Shown: piece after piece, positions 62,422-64,000 of the stretch | How positions within the stretch are numbered: the first letter of the stretch is position 1 | How the letters are laid out: each line of letters begins with the position of its first letter | Assembly: GCA_963845515.1 (NCBI GenBank) | Contig: CAWJSR010000028.1 | Location: forward strand, 96,001 to 160,000 | DNA length: 64,000 bases | Direction: 5' to 3' | Origin: an uncultured delta proteobacterium | GTDB taxonomy: Bacteria; Myxococcota; Myxococcia; Myxococcales; Anaeromyxobacteraceae | Translations under genes and position numbers: made by a program | The notes under the pieces: model-generated | The model's input: the letters and a program-made list of their open reading frames with translations, nothing else | Database searches by the model: none | What the model was told of the DNA's origin: nothing

Positions 62422-62594
62422 ATGAACGCCGCCGCCCCTGACGGGGCGCAGTCAAAGAATCTGTGCAGATTCTTCTCCAGCCAATTCTCGCTGATGCGAC
62501 GATTGGCTCCCTGCTGCGGATCAATATCTCCGGTAGGTTTATCCGGTAAATCTGCCCGCCGTGCCGAAGAGGGCCCTGAGGTGGGGAGCCATCG
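62422..62594. ncRNA. Candidate structured non-coding element (possibly an IS200/IS605-end-derived RNA)
   Basis: Three consecutive hairpins plus a long-range alternative pairing in a convergent intergenic gap. Confidence 0.3.
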
Positions 62595-62627
62595 TATAAT
62601 CGGGGAGAGTCACAATACCGAACGAGA

Positions 62628-64000
62628 TCACAGCGTGATCTTCTTTACAATCCGCCCGTCACGGAAAACCGTGATCCCGCCGCCGCTCTGGGAGACAACG
62701 ATTCCCACGCATTTTGTTACGCTGGTAATGGCAGCAGCCGAGTTGTGCCGGGTTCCCATTCCCGGAGGCAGTTTCACATAGCTGGAGTCGACCGTAATGT
62801 AGCGTCCCACGGACTCCACAAAACCATCCCCGGTGATGACAAACGCGCCGTCAAGCTGGGCAAGCGCCTTGATATTCTCCTTGAGCTCGGGGTTAGTGAT
62901 GATCCGGGAACTCAGGCCGGTGACCCTCAAAGGGATTCAGGATGATCTGGCGGGACTTTTCGAGCACCTGTTTCGTGTCGCCGATGAGAAATGTAGTCCC
63001 GACTGCCTTGCTCTCCCACCCACCGATAGAAATTTCCGTGCAAATATGAAAAACTGCGTCAAAGACGGCATCGGTAACATCCGTTTCTGTCAGGACAAGG
63101 TCTTTCCAGGTATCGGTGCTGATCCGAACGGCCCCGTCTCGTTTCCGGTCCGTAATATCATTCCCGATGCAGAGGATCTCAATGATATGTCCCTTTTCAT
63201 CCCGGATCGCCTTGTTGATCCAGGCGATCCAGACCCGGTCGCCGTTACGCCGGATGTTCTCGCTGACGTTGACGGCATACCCCTCCGCGTTGAACCCGAG
63301 ATCATCAGCCATCATGGAAATGTCATGGCCGGACCGGGTATTCTGTGATACTATCGTTCCTACCACGTTCTTCCCGATCACATCCTCGCTGGCATAATCG
63401 AAGAAGGTCAGGGCATAATTGTTAAAGAACGTGATCGTTCCCTGAAGGTCCATCCGGACAATGATACTCTGGGTGTTTGCAAGCAGGTCACGGTACTTCG
63501 CCTCGCTTTTCCTGAGGGCTTCTGATATTGCCTTTTTTTCCGTTGTATCGGTAATAATGAACGTCCCGCCCCTGGAAATATCGCGGGGATCGAGCATCTG
63601 AACCTGGATAAGGCATGGCTGGAATGTTTTGTCTTTTTTCAGAAGAGTGCATTCTGCCTGGCCGAAACCCCGGGTATCCTGCCAGCGCTGGATCTCGCGG
63701 CAGAACTGCGCGTACTCTTCCTGCGTGGTAAAAAGGGTCGCAGGATCTTTTCCAATCAGGAAGGTCTCGTTATACCCGAGCATGGTGGCAATACGGTTGT
63801 TTGCCCACAGGATAGCACTGTTCTGGACCTGGAAGATCCCAAGCGGGGTTGCGGCAAGGATGGTTGCCAGCTGGTCGTTCTGGGTTTTGGTATCCCGCTC
63901 GGTTTTTTTCCGCAGGATGGACTGTTTGATCAGCGTGAAAATATCAGCAAGAGGGGCGCGGAGATCACCGGTTGCCGGAACAGTCATCTCGCTTGCCACC
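62628..64000 (-). CDS. PAS-PAS-diadenylate cyclase (DisA_N/DAC) fusion; 5' truncated, frameshift at about 62910
   Basis: Two PAS/PAC domains (N.....LGY....IG, DIT.RK) followed by EG..VG..F.IGD, LAQLDGAF, GTRH.SAAAIT, VSQS.G.I. Confidence 0.85.

Noticed and set aside
2462..62930. Widespread pseudogenisation or programmed frameshifting (cheA, cheR, mprF, pyrF, ftsZ, ftsA, murG, ftsW, tpiA, acd, dac)
   Set aside because: Single-base indels hit essential genes in both organisms, and I noticed no accompanying in-frame stops or slippery-site/pseudoknot signatures. This is consistent with long-read sequencing errors.
54527..64000. Genuine archaeon-to-bacterium horizontal transfer island
   Set aside because: The junction truncates essential murD and an archaeal gene mid-codon-run, there are no mobility genes or att sites, and there is no amelioration. 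A chimera is far more parsimonious.
1..64000. tRNA, rRNA, integrase, transposase or prophage genes
   Set aside because: None recognisable by eye; intergenic gaps are short and lack cloverleaf, T-loop or rRNA signatures. A formal scan was not run.

Overview
This window is two different genomes joined end to end. Positions 1 to about 54,526 are very GC-rich (roughly 70-78% by eye) and have Myxococcota/Anaeromyxobacter-like gene content. They carry a MYXO-CTERM Ig-repeat protein, a chemosensory cassette, mprF-acvB, a creBCD-like locus, moaC, trxB, ispG, proS, pyrF, and the dcw cluster (murD-ftsW-murG / murC-murB-ddl / ftsQ-ftsA-ftsZ). Two accessory cassettes interrupt the dcw cluster. The first has multiheme cytochromes, two CxxC-less thioredoxin-TPR proteins and two nucleotidyltransferase/small-protein pairs. 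The second is a YtkA-like / secreted / FMN-binding-like / ABC module. At about 54,527 murD is cut mid-gene and the sequence switches abruptly to roughly 50-55% GC DNA with methanogen (Methanomicrobiales-like) genes. These are a U32 peptidase C-terminus, archaeal tpiA, an HTH-CBS regulator, an RLAN / RimK / YkgJ / GCS2 ligase operon, an ADP-forming acyl-CoA synthetase and a PAS-PAS-diadenylate cyclase. The junction is most likely an assembly or read chimera. Many genes, including essential ones, have single-base frameshifts typical of unpolished long-read sequence. The best candidates for undescribed systems are the archaeal RLAN-RimK-YkgJ-GCS2 peptide/thiol ligase operon, the PAS-regulated c-di-AMP cyclase, the multiheme plus redox-inactive thioredoxin-TPR cassette, the twin NTase pairs, the YtkA/FMN-bind/ABC envelope module and a structured non-coding element at about 62.4-62.6 kb. 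All family assignments come from motif recognition only; no database searches were run.
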